A DNA stretch of 64,000 bases from Eledone cirrhosa (GCA_964016885.1 OZ024745.1:74524001-74588000); one strand, 5' to 3'; shown: positions 13,161-28,042, counted from the stretch's first letter. Notes: generated by a model not told the origin, from the letters alone. A program made the numbers and translations.

Positions 13161-14409
13161 GCACACTCGGAGATCAGAGTGTGTGTGTGTGGCGGTAAAA
13201 AAATTTGATGTTTGTGAATCAAATGTGTGGTTGTGTTGTTGATTAGATTTATCAGTTGTTCAATATAGGGTGGCAGGAATTTGTAGCTATAACCATTGGC
13301 TTGACAGGAGATTTCGGAAGTTGCTCTTTCCCATATAAAGTGCTGTGTGTATATCTCGGTGAATTGAGATGTATAACCATAGCCAGAATTGAATAAACGA
13401 ATAACAAGAGCCGCTAATATAATAATTTTATTAATGAATAACATGCCTCGAAGTTATTGTGATAATATAGAAAAAACAGTCGCAGTAAAATTGTGCTTGT
13501 CTGAATTCTTGAAGTAGTAATCTTAAACGTTGTATGTAATTAACTTTAGTTGAAATCGAACTGAAGAACGATTGTCTTAGCTTGTTTTGAGTCTGTTGAG
13601 AATGACCTTGTTCTGTCTCTCGTGAACTGAAGCGAACTGCTTGGACAGCCAACAGCAGACAATTTATGAGGGATCTGTTATCCTTGACGATAAGCAAATG
13701 GCCTCTAGAAAACCATTCCTCTAGACAATTTGGTGGCGCAAGTCCTCAAACAAAGGAAGTAAATATCACTTGCACGTTAATTTAACGAACAGGCTGTTGC
13801 GTTGATCGTATCAATAGGAATACTCGTCGACGGAATGCCACTACTACTATACATAAATGTGTGTGTGTATGTGTGTGTGTTGTGTGTGTGTAAAAACTAA
13901 AAGTAGTAACAGCACGGAAGTATATTTAAAGCATTTTTTTCTTTAATCCAACAGAGTAAATGCCTTTTTTTTTAAATGGGGTTTTTATAAAATATTACCG
14001 GTTTCGATGAGTAAATTCATCTTTCAAATATTAGATTTTAAAAAAGTCAAAGATTAAAAGTTGAAAATTTGGAAGTTGATAAAAGTCTCTTTATTTCTGT
14101 GTAATGAAAATATCTAGAAGAATTATTCTTTATATATACTGGTCTCTGTATGGATGCGATAGTGGGATTTCAACAGTTGGTAAAATTGATTTAAATTTCA
14201 TTTTATGAGAATGTTTCTCTTTTTGTGTGTGTGTGGGGGGGGGGGGGTCACGTGAATGACTAGTAGTGTATAGTGGTAAAAATTTCAAGGTATTTTGTGG
14301 GTTGAAAGGAAAACAGGAAATTAAAATTTGTCAAAGATCTATTTTTGGAGTAATGGTAGTTTTTGAAAAAAAAAACAATATAATCTTTCTTTTGTTTCAT
14401 GGTGAGGAT

Positions 14410-14550
14410 ACCTTCTGCAATTTCCTCCAAGCCGTCCCGTCCTCCGCCATTCTGATCGCCCCCCAGGGATTCACGTCGGTCCATGCGCAGATGTCACACA
14501 ACCAGCACTCTCTTGGCCGTCCCCCTCCCTTGTTGCCTGGCACACATCCA
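14410..14550 (-). mobile_element. RTE-like LINE C-terminal fragment
   Basis: GCVPGNKGGGRPRECWLCDI..MAEDGTAWR resembles the RTE C-terminal GRP..W..D..WR pattern. Confidence 0.55.
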
Positions 14551-15011
14551 GATATAACAAATACAACAGGCTGCAACTTATGAACACTGAAATGAACTTA
14601 CACTACTTCTGTTTCTTTCCTTTTTCTCGTATATTACTATTATTTTTACCACGTCTTTATTAAGATCTTGATCTATTGTGGTCGTTTCTAACTTTATTTT
14701 TAGCGTGTATTAATGTTGATTTTGCCGCACCACATTGCTGCGTTTAACGAATCGTGTTTTTCTTTGACACACTCATTACCAAATGTATCAACCTACCATC
14801 GCTTCTTTACAAATAGTTTGCAAAATAAAAAAAAATAAAAAAATCTGTAATTGTGCGGTTTGTGGGTAGTGTTAAGAAATAGTCGATGGTACGACTGCTG
14901 GATGCGCAGTATTGGCCGGATTAGAATATATAAATCGACAGACACAGTTGTATATTCAGCAGACAATATGCAAATTTATAGACATACATGTCAGTGATGT
15001 ATGTGATAGAC

Positions 15012-15585
15012 CATTATTTCCCAAAGTGGGCGGTACTGCCCCCCTGGGGACGGTGCTTTGATATCGTGGAGGGGGGGGCTGCGACAGTGTAGTATTAAAA
15101 AAAAAATAAAATAAACTATTTATTGTTTAAATTTTAAACAATAAATAGCTTTTTTTTTTTTTTTTTTTTACAAATATATTGCATATGTATATTAAGCATT
15201 TATATAGACATCTATAATAAAGACATATAGACATCTATAATTGTTTCTACTTTTGGCACAAGGCCATCAATTACCCAGTACATTACTGGTACTTTATTTT
15301 ATCGACCCCGGAAGGATGAACGGCAAAGTTAAAGACATCTATGAGATTGTGTAGATTCTACACAATCTCATAGATGTCTTTATTCTTATTGGCAAAATCA
15401 CATTCTTTTTACATCTATGTTACTAATGATAAACTAACATCATCACCATCATTGTTTAATGTCCACTTTCTCTGCTAGTAAGGTTTGGATGTATCATCAC
15501 AGACTGATGGTGGGAGGGGGGCTGAGGGTAGGGGGCGCTGAGGGTATTACGTGACGGGGGGGGGGCAAACGTTTGAGAACCTCTG
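15012..15585. mobile_element. hAT-type MITE remnant with nested SINE fragment
   Basis: Ends cattatttcccaaagtgggcgg / tttgagaacctctg resemble CAGTGGTTCCCAAA-type TIRs; SINE piece at 15238-15330. Confidence 0.5.
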
Positions 15586-18500
15586 TGATAGACGGTATCA
15601 ACTAACGACGGATCCACTACATGGTCTCTCAGCTTGCGAAAAATAGCAGCCAAAGGCTCCCACAAACCACTCATTAAAATCTAGAAACTAATACATGTCT
15701 CAAGTCCGGTGCCTCATTAAGTCAGTGCTTATTCTGGTTTTCTTAGCGTTAAGCGGCTGAGAGTAAAAGACATCCCTCTGGACAGGACGCCACTCATCGT
15801 AAGGTTACCCCCCTTCTATCTACTGCTTGTACTCATTTTCCTGGAGCAACGTGAAATGAAGTGTTTTGCTCAAGAACACAAAACACAACCCGGTCTAGGA
15901 ATCGAACTTACGACTTTATGATAGTAAATCCGACACACTAACCACAAGGCCACGCACCGTCACTAGTATCATTAAAAAATACATTGGATAATGTAAACCA
16001 GGCAGAATCAACCAGGATTTGGTACTCGGGGAGCTTCGGAACATTCCGGGTGGGCACTCTTTCGCAAGGAACGTATTTCAGGATATTTTTCATAATGAGC
16101 ACCCTCATTTGCTCATAATAGTCAATGAATAAACGAAAGAATGAAGCAAAGTTAGTAGTTACCGTTTTGATTGCCAGGCAAACGCGGCTGGCAGAAGACG
16201 CCTGGCGAAGGCCAGGCGCCGGAAGGGCAAATGAGAGATAGGGAGCCGAAAGCTATTCGTTTTATAGGGCTCTGCCGGAAGTGATAAAAAGGGTTCTATC
16301 ACCCCAACGGGAAGCAACTCCAACTACTTCCCGTCTAGAGGGCGTTAATCTATTGGGGTTGTGAGTGTCACAACAAGGGAGGCAACTCCTGCTACAGAGT
16401 CAATTCGAATGTTCTCCGCCATACTGTCTAACTGAACACGACCGATATAATAAATAAATGACTAATGTTATCAATATCAAAGTTTAACCGAAGAGAAAGA
16501 TAGGGCCAGATAATTTGTGAATTCTGGCATGAGACTGGACATTTCTAGATTGTTCTGGTACTAACTACCGATATCCAGGTGATGCAATGTTGTTTGTACT
16601 AATTATTCGAGAAGAGCAACTGCAATTTTATATTTTTATACTTTGAGAGAATTACAAACGATGTGGATGTTCGTTGGTCAGTCAAGCGTAATTCCTTGTC
16701 AAATCATAACTATATAGGTGGAGTGGCTGTTGCAGTGCATCTCCCTCGCCGTTCTCCGGGGAAATGGGACCCCGAAGCAGAGGGTAAGTTTATTGGAAGT
16801 GGCGGATACTCGTTCGGATGTCACTTTCTCTCTATTTCTTTAAAATGATATGCTTTCCCATTCAGAAAATATCATAAAAAGTTAGGAGACTTTAAATGAA
16901 AATTGTATCAGCTTTCTGTGTTCTAAATTTAAAAATACTATATAAAGAGACACGAAAGCAAAACAAGATGGCACAAGGTTGACAACAGATGCCATGCAAC
17001 GTTTATCGGTTATCTCAAAATCTAAATGCCACCTTTACACACACACACATCTTTTCGATTTTGATCCTAAATCGAACTGTCATTTTCGAAGCTGCTAAGG
17101 TCCATTTCAACGACTGGAGACTCTGGAGTTTTGTGTCTTTCGTTTGTATCTTTATTTTCCAAAAAATAATTTTTTAAGGTTTCTTCTTCAAAGTATTATT
17201 GTTTTACGTTTTGCCTTGATATAAAAACAGCGTAAAAGAAAGTGTAAACAAATTGGTGTATGGGTGATGACAGGTGCACAACAATGAACATATGTGGAGG
17301 AGGTGTGACAGGAGTTTCCGACCATAATTTGTTCCAAATTTGCCTTGGTGTAAAAGTAATAGGATACAATCGGAAGTTTGCTCTCATTAACATCATTTCC
17401 AAATCGCCCCCTGTTGGACGTGCGCTCCACGCTGAGAACCACTGCTCTAGAGTCTTAAATAAAGGAAAGACACATTGGTTAATGTAGTTCATTGGTTACA
17501 TTACTAGAATGCCTTCATAGTCTGCTTGATCTGGGGCTAAACAACAACAACCATACTGGTCAGTGTAGTCGTTGATGCCGCTGCAATCATTATCATCGTC
17601 ACCACCGTTATTGTTTGACAATATAAGATGTCAAAACAGAAGAAAATAGTTTGGATACTCTGCGTGGAAATATTAAGTTTAGATGAAGAAAAATTATGAA
17701 GGAAATAAAAAGAAAACGCAGGAATGTGTAAATAGATGGAACGATTGATAAATACAAAACTACTTTATTGGCTAGCAGGGATTTGGCAAATAATATTTAC
17801 TCTAGGATAATACACTTTAGTAATTCTGCTATCATTTATCACCCACCCCCCTCTCTCCTATATATCTTCTTGTGTTGATCCTCTCATTCACATGTCCATA
17901 CACACACTATCTATTTCGCTTTATATCTCTCAATCACTTTCTTTTAATCCCCCTCTCTCATCCTCTCTTTCTTTCTCCCCCTCTCTCTCTCACACACATT
18001 CAACTATGTGCATGTTAATAAATGTTTCACTCGACCTAGCTGCATATAGTGGAATCATGACTAGCCAAGTGGATAATGTGCATCGATGCATAGATCTATC
18101 GACTGGTGATATGAAATGTTTATATATATATATATATATATAAGTTCAAAGAACCGAGGGTTGAAGTTGCTGGTATGTCTTTTTGTTGTTTTAAACAAAT
18201 CTACCCCAGGATAGAAAGTAGGTCTATCTTAGGCGGGACCGTTGATAAGGAAGAGGAGGGGGCATTGGATGGCACTGTCCTCACATCCACCCCACACCAC
18301 CGCCTATTTGTCAATGGTGCACCTTCAAATTTAAGAAAATACAGTTTATAAAAAAATGTCCTGAAATACGTTACTTGAAGTCTTGACTAAATTTTCTTCT
18401 CAAAACAAGAACAAAGAACAGAAATAAATGTATTTAAAAAAGGTTAACCTAAAAAGCTGGCCGAAAAATTCCCTAGGAATTTAGAGTGCCCTCCCAGAAT

Positions 18501-19319
18501 GTTCTAAGCATCAAAAGTTGGCGACGAGCTTGATCTTAGATAACATTTCTATAAGATCTGGTACTGGCTTGACAGGTTTAATCTGCCACACGATTTAAAA
18601 CCACTTCTTGGAGGCCTTTACCAGAGTCTACTCTATTGCCATTTCTCTCTTCCTTTCAATTTTCAGACAATTTCTCCGGCCCGAGGATAATCCATGGGAT
18701 GTGGTTTATTCGCCTCGTTCCCCAACCAGTTTTGAAGGTTGTTTTATGGCTGAATAAGATAAAGTAAAAATGGATGTGTGTGTGTAGGCGTGGAAGGTAG
18801 GAAAACACATAAAAATCATGTAAAATAACATGTATTTTTTTTACGCTTCAATAATAGATATAACATCGAATCATAACAATATATATGGTAGAAAATAGGT
18901 GACATGCAGAAATTATCAGTGTTCATGGTAATATATGTGATGTGTACAAAAATCCAATGAGTTCATGCGAAAAATAACAGTTCGATATATATATACGTGT
19001 GTATGTGTGCGTGTGTGCGCTTGTGTACGTTTACTGTTATGTCCTGTAACAAAGAGAGATCGATAAAATCAGTACCAAACTTGACAACAATTAGTACTGG
19101 GGGGGGGGGGGGGGAGTTCGATATGATCGACTAAATCCTAGCATGACCGCAGTCAAGTGAGTGAAACAAGTAAAAGAGTTAAAAAATAAAATAAATAACA
19201 AATATAAATAATATATATATAAATAACAAACAAATAGATAACATGCATAAATTAAAAACAAACAAAAGCAATTAAGTTTAATATATAACATGACTTGAAT
19301 GTAGGGCAAGGCAATGTCC

Positions 19320-19620
19320 CGTAACTCCTTAAGGAGTCGTAAGGATGCCATATTGACATACGGCGTTTCTAGAGGATTTTTAAACCTGGCGGAGCCCAAT
19401 CCTCTCCGGGCTTGAATACAACAGATTTCTCCCAGAGAAGGATAGAAAGTTAGAGAATAGAAGTGATAAAGAAATATAAAAGGAAAAATTGACCCCAATA
19501 CTTGACTGGTACTTTTTCTATCGACCTCGAAAGGATGAAAGGCAAAGTTGACCTTGGCGGGATTTGAACTCAGAGAGCCGAAACGAATACCACAAAGCAT
19601 TCTATCCGATGTTCTAACGA
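19320..19620 (-). mobile_element. SINE family B (longer tail, shares central domain with family A)
   Basis: Homologous copies at ~41570-41810 (+), ~43640-43945 (-), ~48400-48700 (-). Confidence 0.75.
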
Positions 19621-21710
19621 CTTAACGAGAAATGCAACATTTTTTTTAAATATTCACAAGATAACATCCAGAGTTGTTAGGGTTTTTTTTGGGTGGGTGG
19701 GGGGGGGGGGGGGTCCTTAAAATAAATAGTATTAAATAAATCAACAGCATACATAACATACATACATCGATTAAAAAAACAATGAATAAATCATTTTCCC
19801 TCCATTTCATTATCCATATTTACATCATTTATATCCTAGTTAGTCATTCTTTCCGACTGAAATAAAATTTTAAAAAACGCACATTTGTCTCTTTTTTTTC
19901 CCCTCTCTTCATTACATCAAACAATGGATTTTACTTCGTTCTAGCTTCACATTTTTATGTTTTTTCTTACATCCAGTGATTTTCATCCATTTTCAGTTCA
20001 GTATGTTTTGAAAATTTTATATACAAATTTTCTTTTTTTATTATTTTTCCCAGAAAACTAGTCAACCGTCGGAATTAAAAATAAGTTTTTCAAAAATAAT
20101 CTGAAAATCTGTGCATGTGTATGTGTGTGTGTGTTTGTATGTGTTGTTGTTGTTTAGTTCCAGGTCAAACCTGATCAAGTAAACTTTTGCCGTGATTTTC
20201 CTATGTGATTCTAGGACTAAATTATCTAATATGTCCTTCCATTCATAAGACGCTAGAGTGGGATTTGAGGGGGCACGTGGCGGTTCCCTCTCTTTAAGCC
20301 CAGAGGTTTTTCACGTGGTAAGAATTCTAGTGGTATAAGATCTTTATGAAAATATACAATAAAAACAGCTCGAAATAAAAACTGAATGCAAACATTTAAA
20401 AGGGTTTACTTCTTTCATTGTAATCATGGAAGTTGTAGACTTTATGAATATAGACGGTGACCTCATTTGACAACTGATAAGAAATAACTAATACACCCAC
20501 TGTTGCACTGTTACTTTACCTTTTGGTAAAGTATATATATTTCTTTATATAATTCCTTCGCCCACTTATTCCTGGGAGAATCGTGGGAGTAGAGCCCGCA
20601 AACATTCTTTCCAGCGGGTCCTGTCAGAAGCAACCGTCTCCAACAGGCGAGACTAGCTAAGCTCATGGACAGTGGCGGACTGGGTCTAAAAATATTGGTT
20701 GCCAGGAGATGAAGGGGGCCCACCTACATATAGAATGCTATCATTTAATTTTTATAATGAATAAATAACATTTTCGAAAAATACATAAGTGGAAACAAAA
20801 CAGTGCAATCAAATTTTTTTAGAAAAATATCTTACCTTCTCCAGATGTCGACCCTGATTTTGAAAGTAGGTTTATAATTATCAATTTTCATTATACTTTT
20901 GTAGCGGTCTCGGTGGCTTAGTTGGAGGAATCATAGACAGTGGTGATCCTGGTTTGAAGGTCGATCCTGGTCGGGGGTAGGGTTCCGGGTAAGCCGTTTC
21001 AGTTTTTTTCTATTGGTTGTAAAATAAAAACTGAAAAGGTTACATATACCTCTAGACTAGGATTGAACCCAAGGCTAGGATCTGTACCGTCTCTAGTACC
21101 TACCGCTAGGCCAGAGAGACAACTACGAAAATTCATACTTAAAAACCTACTTTCAAAATTTTCAAAACGAAGTGTTGTGGTGTCGTTCATGTCTTTCTTA
21201 ATGTTATTGCTCGTACTTAAGGTCGACTTCTAAATCAATTGGGTGATCCATAAACTGCATCCTCGTTTTGTTTCACATCTCTCTAGACTATATTTTAACC
21301 TGTAATCCATATTTCATTTCTGTTGCACCTCTCCCCCCCCCCCCCTTCTCTCTTTCTCTCTGTGATATTTGAATCTACTATGATTTGGGCTTACCTTATT
21401 CCTATATATATGTTTTTGTATGTCAGTTAGATTCAAACTTACAATCATTGGCATTATATATATATATATATAGGTCTAAAAATATTGGTTGCCAGATGAA
21501 GGGGGCCCATCTACATAGAGAATGATATCATTTTATTTTTATAATGAATAAATAACATTTTCAAAAAATGCATAAGTGGAAATAAAACAGTGCAATCAAA
21601 TTTTTGCGGAAAAATATCTTACTTTCTCCAATAAAAAATATTATGTATTTTGTGAAATCAAGTGACTTTCAATAATGACCTTTGGTCTTTCACACTCACT
21701 CAATATATAT

Positions 21711-22733
21711 CTTCTTTCTTGGTTATCCATCGTAAACAATGATGACATCTCCTTTATTTTAGTTCCCGTCTGCCGTGGGCACGAAGGTGGCTGTGGAGGC
21801 CGATCCTTGACTTGCAGGTCTGGGGACAGTGGGGGCAGGGGAAGAGACCGGCATCGCTTGAGGCAGCTGTTGATGCCTTTCTTCTCCTTTCACAGGCCTC
21901 AGTGACCTCTGCCCGTCTCTTCTCTTCAAAAGAGACGGGCAGAGGTCTGGTAAGGGCTCGCCACTCAATCCTGTCCTGAGCATGGGACTTGAGTTGTTTT
22001 GGGGCGATTCCAGTGTTGTTGATACTGGACTTCACGCAGTCATTGAACCTCTTGAGAGGCCTGTCCCGCTTTCGTTTCCCCGAACTGAGTTCCCAATACA
22101 TCAGTTGCTTCGGAAGCCTGTGATCGTCCATCCGGATCACATATCCCACCCATCGAAGTCGGCTCTTCAGTATCATAGCTTTGACACTGGTTGTCTCAGC
22201 CATGTCGAGAACTTCGAGGCTGGAGACCTTGTCCTGCCATTTGATGTTCATAATTGACCGCAGGCTGCGCATGTGGAACCGTTCCAGCTGCTTCATGGGC
22301 CTTCTATACAGGGTCCATGTCTCACATCCGTAGAGGAGGCTGGTGATAACAACGGCCCTGTACACCTTGAGCTTGGTGGACTGCCTGATGTTGTGCTGGT
22401 TCAGGATGCGTGTATTCAGGCGACCAAGGGCTTGACTGGCCTTGCAGATCATGGCATTTATCTCCTTGTCGAGGCTTCCATCGCTGCTAATGACACTGCC
22501 GAGGTACTTGAAGTCGTCCACCGTCTTTAGCTGGGTGCCTCCGATGGAGATGGAAGGAGGGTGGGCGGCGGAGGCAGGTGCAGGCTGGAACAGGACCTCA
22601 GTCTTGCCAAGGCTAATTGTGAGACCGAAGAGGCAGGAGGCCTCCGCGAACTTGTTGACGCTGACTTGGAGGTCAGACTCCCTGTGGGCCATGAGGGCAC
22701 AGTCGTCAGCAAAAAGTGCCTCCAGGACGATCC
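21711..22733 (-). mobile_element. 5'-truncated RTE-clade LINE (RT C-terminal half plus C2H2 zinc finger)
   Basis: ORF 21754-22878 contains LFADDCAL, FKYLGS, LLYGCETW, LRWVG, CPHC..HLRAH; GC-rich and uninterrupted; N-terminal part of the ORF is flank read-through. Confidence 0.93.
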
Positions 22734-22942
22734 TCAATATATATATATATATATATTGAGTGCAATATATATATATATATTGAGTGAGTGTGAAAGACCA
22801 AAGGTCCATTACGAGCTGAGGATCCGCTAAGGTGAAACAATTGTTCTCGGTATGGTGAACTAACTGTTGTGTTACCATTTCTACCTAACTCGTCCCATGG
22901 ACTGAGTGCTCTACCACTACGGATATTCCCTTCCAGTGTTCT

Positions 22943-23025
<83 letters not shown>

Positions 23026-23165
23026 TATATATATATGTGTGTGTGTGTGTCTGTGTGTGTGTATCTATCTATATATATATATACCACCTTCACCACTAAT
23101 TGATTTGACAGATGTCTTTAACCCATTGATACCAAATATGATTTGGTCAGTAGTTCGTGTGTAAG

Positions 23166-23243
<78 letters not shown>

Positions 23244-23589
23244 CATATATATGCTTGTGTGTCTGTGTCTATATTTGTATGTTTACATGCATAAATGAAC
23301 ACACTAAGCTTTAGATTTAGTAGAATGTACAACCACCGATTCCAGTTATTTGCAGTATCGTATATTTTGGTTTCTAATAATTCCCTGAGGAATTGGTTGA
23401 CCAAATGCTTTGCTTAATTGTTTTATTTATTTGTTTTAAAATGTTATTCTTTCTCTTAGATTTCATGCATTTTTTGAAAGCAAAGCATTGGCCCCTAAAA
23501 TACTACAGTGGGCCCTGCAATGCTACTGTGGGCTCTTGCAATGCTACCCTGGGGCTCCTGGGGTCCACTTGCCACTGGGCAACCTGGCA

Positions 23590-23950
23590 ACCTGGCTAGT
23601 CCGCCACTGCTCATGGATGTTATTCAACCTTCTTGATCAGAGTCTACCACTGGGTCTCCTGTCGGTTGGTTTTGCCCGTAAAATCTGTCCAGCGATTCTT
23701 TCCAGAGACATTCAAACCACATGTCCATAGTGTCAGAGCTGTGATCTCTCAATTCGGAGAAATAGCGGCTCTACCTGAAGTGACTCTCTGATCTCAGAGC
23801 TACGCACTCCATCGGGTATCGTTGCTCCAAAGACCCTTCGGAGCAATCCAATTTCAGCCGCCTGCATTCGTGATCGTATTTCTTCGGTCATTACCCAAGA
23901 TTCATGACCATAGGTAAGGATTGGCACAAATACTGGATTATGGATGATAC
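23590..23950 (-). mobile_element. RTE-clade LINE fragment
   Basis: FVPILTYGHESWVMTE..RMQAAEIGLLRR..RSSEIRESLQVEPL. Confidence 0.85.
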
Positions 23951-25063
23951 ACTGCATATAATCCTAAAAACGGGTTTTTAGTTGAGAGCTTACTCTCAAC
24001 ATTAACTGGTTGCATTAATCAGAAATATATTAACATATTCAACCAAACTATTCCATTGCTCTATTTTCTAATGAATTGAGCTGGCTTCAGTAAGTGTTAA
24101 TTCTAATCCAGTAAGTTTATTAGTCATGGGCACTAATCATGACTATTCCGTCTTTTTTTCCCCAGACATTGTGTATCTACGGCTACATTACGCAATGTAA
24201 TTTCCCATTTTTAATGGCAGTAGGGTGTATGATATGATAAGGTTTAGATTAGCTGCTATTTCTAGTAGGCTGAGTAGCCGCGTAAAGGTTCTTTCATTAA
24301 CTTGGGGTGTAAGAGACTAGTTCTTTTGCTGTTAGAAACTGAAAAAAAAAAAAAAGAATCTTTGTTTAATTCTTTATTAGCATCAGTGAATAGTTGGCCT
24401 TTGGATTCGTTCCTGTCATACTCATAGCACTGGCATTTACTGATTCCATTCAAATCTTCTCTAAGGCTGCAGTTAAGCTTCTTAAGATTAAAGCAGAGGT
24501 TTTGCTGACGAGACTATGGGGATATGACATTGCAAGTGAAAAATGTCGGTCGTTTCAATATTTTTTTTTTTAAAATCTAATTTTCCATGTTTCAGTCAAA
24601 CGAACATTGCTTTCATAGTTGTGAGGCAGAACAGAGATAAATATTCCATTCGCAGGTGATCTGGAATCTATTCCTAAAATCTAACTGAACTGAAATAACG
24701 TAGATTGTAGCGTTCGGTCCAGAAACACAAACTGTGTTGGTAGTTCAACTCCTTATTCATTCAGCCATTTCTTCTTTATAAATGTTTCGGAACTGGTTCA
24801 CACAGTCGACCTTTTTGGAGCTTACCTCTTACTATACGATACTCGCCACACACGGGAATTTAATATGGTTACTATCGATCGAATCTAACTACAAGGCCAA
24901 ATGTTAAATTGTATATTGATTGATCACTTAGCAACAACATACTTTAATGGAATGTAACAATTCTGAAAGCTAGAGGATAGAGTTCGTTGATAAGGCCATC
25001 GTGTGTGTATGTATGTGTGTGCGGGAACGCTTCAAAAGTATGTGTATGTGTATATTGTGTGTG

Positions 25064-25178
<115 letters not shown>

Positions 25179-25275
25179 TTGTGTAATAACCTAAAGGTTT
25201 CGTGCAACTGGTCTTTCGTGCAACTGGTCTTTCTGGATTGTTGTACTCATCGTTGGGTGCAATATCATACAACGC

Positions 25276-25356
<81 letters not shown>

Positions 25357-26168
25357 TACGGTATGTAGATTGTATCGTGAGAAGATATGGTGATGTGGTG
25401 ATTGGTTTGATTGTCGTGTTCACTTGTGGGTGGCTTTGGGATGTGGTCACCGATGTGTAGACGAAGGAGGAATGATGAGCCTGTTTGTGTGCGTGACCAG
25501 ATATTACGTGTGTGTGCAACTGAACAACAGTGTTCATTATAATGATGATGATTTGATGATTATTTGGGTTTAGTGACTTACTTTGATCACATAGGAAATG
25601 AAATAAAAACAAAATTGCTACTTAAATATATTTATTAATTTCATAATCTACTACGAGGCTATTGTTGATAAAATAGGAAAACAAGGCTGTGTTGTTGTTG
25701 CGTATGCTTGTGTGCAATTGTTCGAAAGATATTTATAGTTGTGTGTGAACTAACCTTTGTCGAAGTTTCATTGGGAATAAAACTAACTGGCCCTTGTCGA
25801 GTGGGCCGGGGTGTCTGGTTAACGCCTACGTCTCTGGACAAACTGAATGTGTTGTGACTGCTATGAGAGAAGAGAGCAAAAAGACTTGAAGAAGTTAGTG
25901 AATCTCTGATAACCTCCAGTTGGTTCCCTTCTGCCGACTGGGTGACGCCAGGTCTTAAAACAAAAGAAAATGAACACCATGTTTCTCAGAGGTCAGTCTG
26001 TGTGGTCACACTGACCTTATTTGCTAACAGCAGAACAACTGTTCAAATTACTGCTACACATTTATATATACATTAGTCGCTACAACGTCATCAGACAATG
26101 AGAAAGATTCTATATTGTCACTCGATCTGCCAGAATTAGCAACTAAATCTTCCGCAAATTATAACCCA

Positions 26169-27302
26169 CTAGCTGACGTACCCAGCTTCGCCCGGGTAAA
26201 CAGATAATAAGCGAAGACAGGTAAAATAGAAAATGACTGTATTGGATGTTTGTCTGGTTACAGTATGAGGCGAGTCCGTGGTGTCTGTGTGATACAAAAA
26301 ACAGTAAAAAAAATCTTCCAGATATACCAGATTCTTCGTTGCACCGTTTGTGCATAATATATAAACAATTCTAGGTGCTCCCACCTAGAATAGTGACCTC
26401 TAGGAGATGGTTCATCTTCTGCCTGACTGTAAAACGTGTATCATTGCATAGACGTGGTTGTTCCACGTTTCTCAAAAGGATGATGGAAGTTTCAATCTTT
26501 TATATTATATGTAGATATAGATATAGATAATTAATATAAAAGATGATGCTCAGCCAGTTCGTCTTCAGCCATGGTAGCACGCCGTCGCTGCTTGGCTCCA
26601 GTGTTTCGTTGGCGTTATTCAGCCAGCTCCTCTTTATTCATGGCGGCACATCTTCGCCTCTGAAGTTCGGCGTTCCGATGGCGCTGTTCGGCCCGCTTTT
26701 CTTCATTCCTGGCTGAACGCCCTCGCCGCTGTAGTTCACTGGTTGATAAAGTCGAATTGCTTTTATTATCAGTATTCATTTCGAGCAATTGTCAAATAAT
26801 GACACAATAATAAATATAAAAGATGCCCGTCAATGTAAAAAAAGGTCCCTATTTACTCCCTTCACAACTCTGTGTATGTTAGACTGACAGACAGGCACAC
26901 CGACAGATAAACTGCGTGGCGATTGTGGTACACCGCACGTACACACACATACACGCATGGAAACGCGCATACGCATGCAAACTTACACACGCACCCGTGC
27001 ACTTACACACACGCACACACTCACACATGTTGATAGTTTTTACTTTCTGTGGAACGCTGCATGCACGCACACACACATAAACATACGCGCACGTACATAC
27101 ACACGCACACATGGTAATAGTTACAGCGTTCGCTTTGCCTCTCTGTTTCTTACTCTCCCCTCTTACTCCCTCATTGGCATTATGCATATTAATTTAAGTT
27201 TGGTGTCGTTGAGGTGGGCGGAGTCGTTTGAAACCTATGAACCAATGATAATCGAGAATTATGACACACGGAATACTGACATTGTTGAAATTAATATATA
27301 GA
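26169..27302 (-). mobile_element. Helitron-derived element with decayed Arg/Glu-rich coding remnant
   Basis: CTAG plus hairpin tacccagcttcgcccgggta at 26169-26198; 26545-26740 reads ELQRRGRSARNEEKRAEQRHRNAELQRRR; TC terminus at 27302-27301. Confidence 0.55.
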
Positions 27303-28042
27303 TGATATTAAAAGCGGATGGACATTTTGGATAATGTGTATGTACATGTGTGTATCTGTGTGCACGCGTGTGTGTGTGCATGCAATGTCTGTGTATGTGT
27401 GTGTGCGTGCATGTATGTGTATGTGCGTGTGTGTGCGTGTGTGTGTGTTTATGTGTGCATGTGTGCGTGTGTGTGTTTGTATGATAATGGCCAATAAACA
27501 CGAAGGTGCTGTGCTCACATCGACTATTCTATGAATACATGAAAACATTACGGACGGAAAAAGAAAAAAAAATGAAATTTATATTAAAATTGATATAATT
27601 TCCACACATATATTTCCCATAGGTATCCTTAATACGTACATTAGATAACATTGTTATCATGGCTCTGTATTAAACATCGATCCCCATGTGTATCTATAAC
27701 ATAAAGATGTATTGACCGATATATTAAAAAATATTTGTATCAAACTCTCAACTACGAATAGAGGTCGTTTAAAGGTATGGAGCGATGTGTACGGTCCAAG
27801 AGAAAAACACTTAATTTCACGTTGCTCCAATATACTCAGCTGAAAATAAGTACCAGCAAAAGCTAGGGGTTTAACTCTGCGATGGACTGGTGTCCTGTCC
27901 AGGAGGGGGGAGGGGGGGGGGGGGGGGGGTTGTACTCTTAGTCACTTCACGCCATGAAACCGGGATAAGCACTGGCCAAATGAGCCTTCTGGCTTAAGAC
28001 AGACTTTAGAGTCTAAACTCTGTCTTAAGTCTAAAGTTTAGA

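Noticed and set aside
16000-16396. Possible solo LTR ending gctaca
   Set aside because: Could not identify the matching TG terminus or a TSD.
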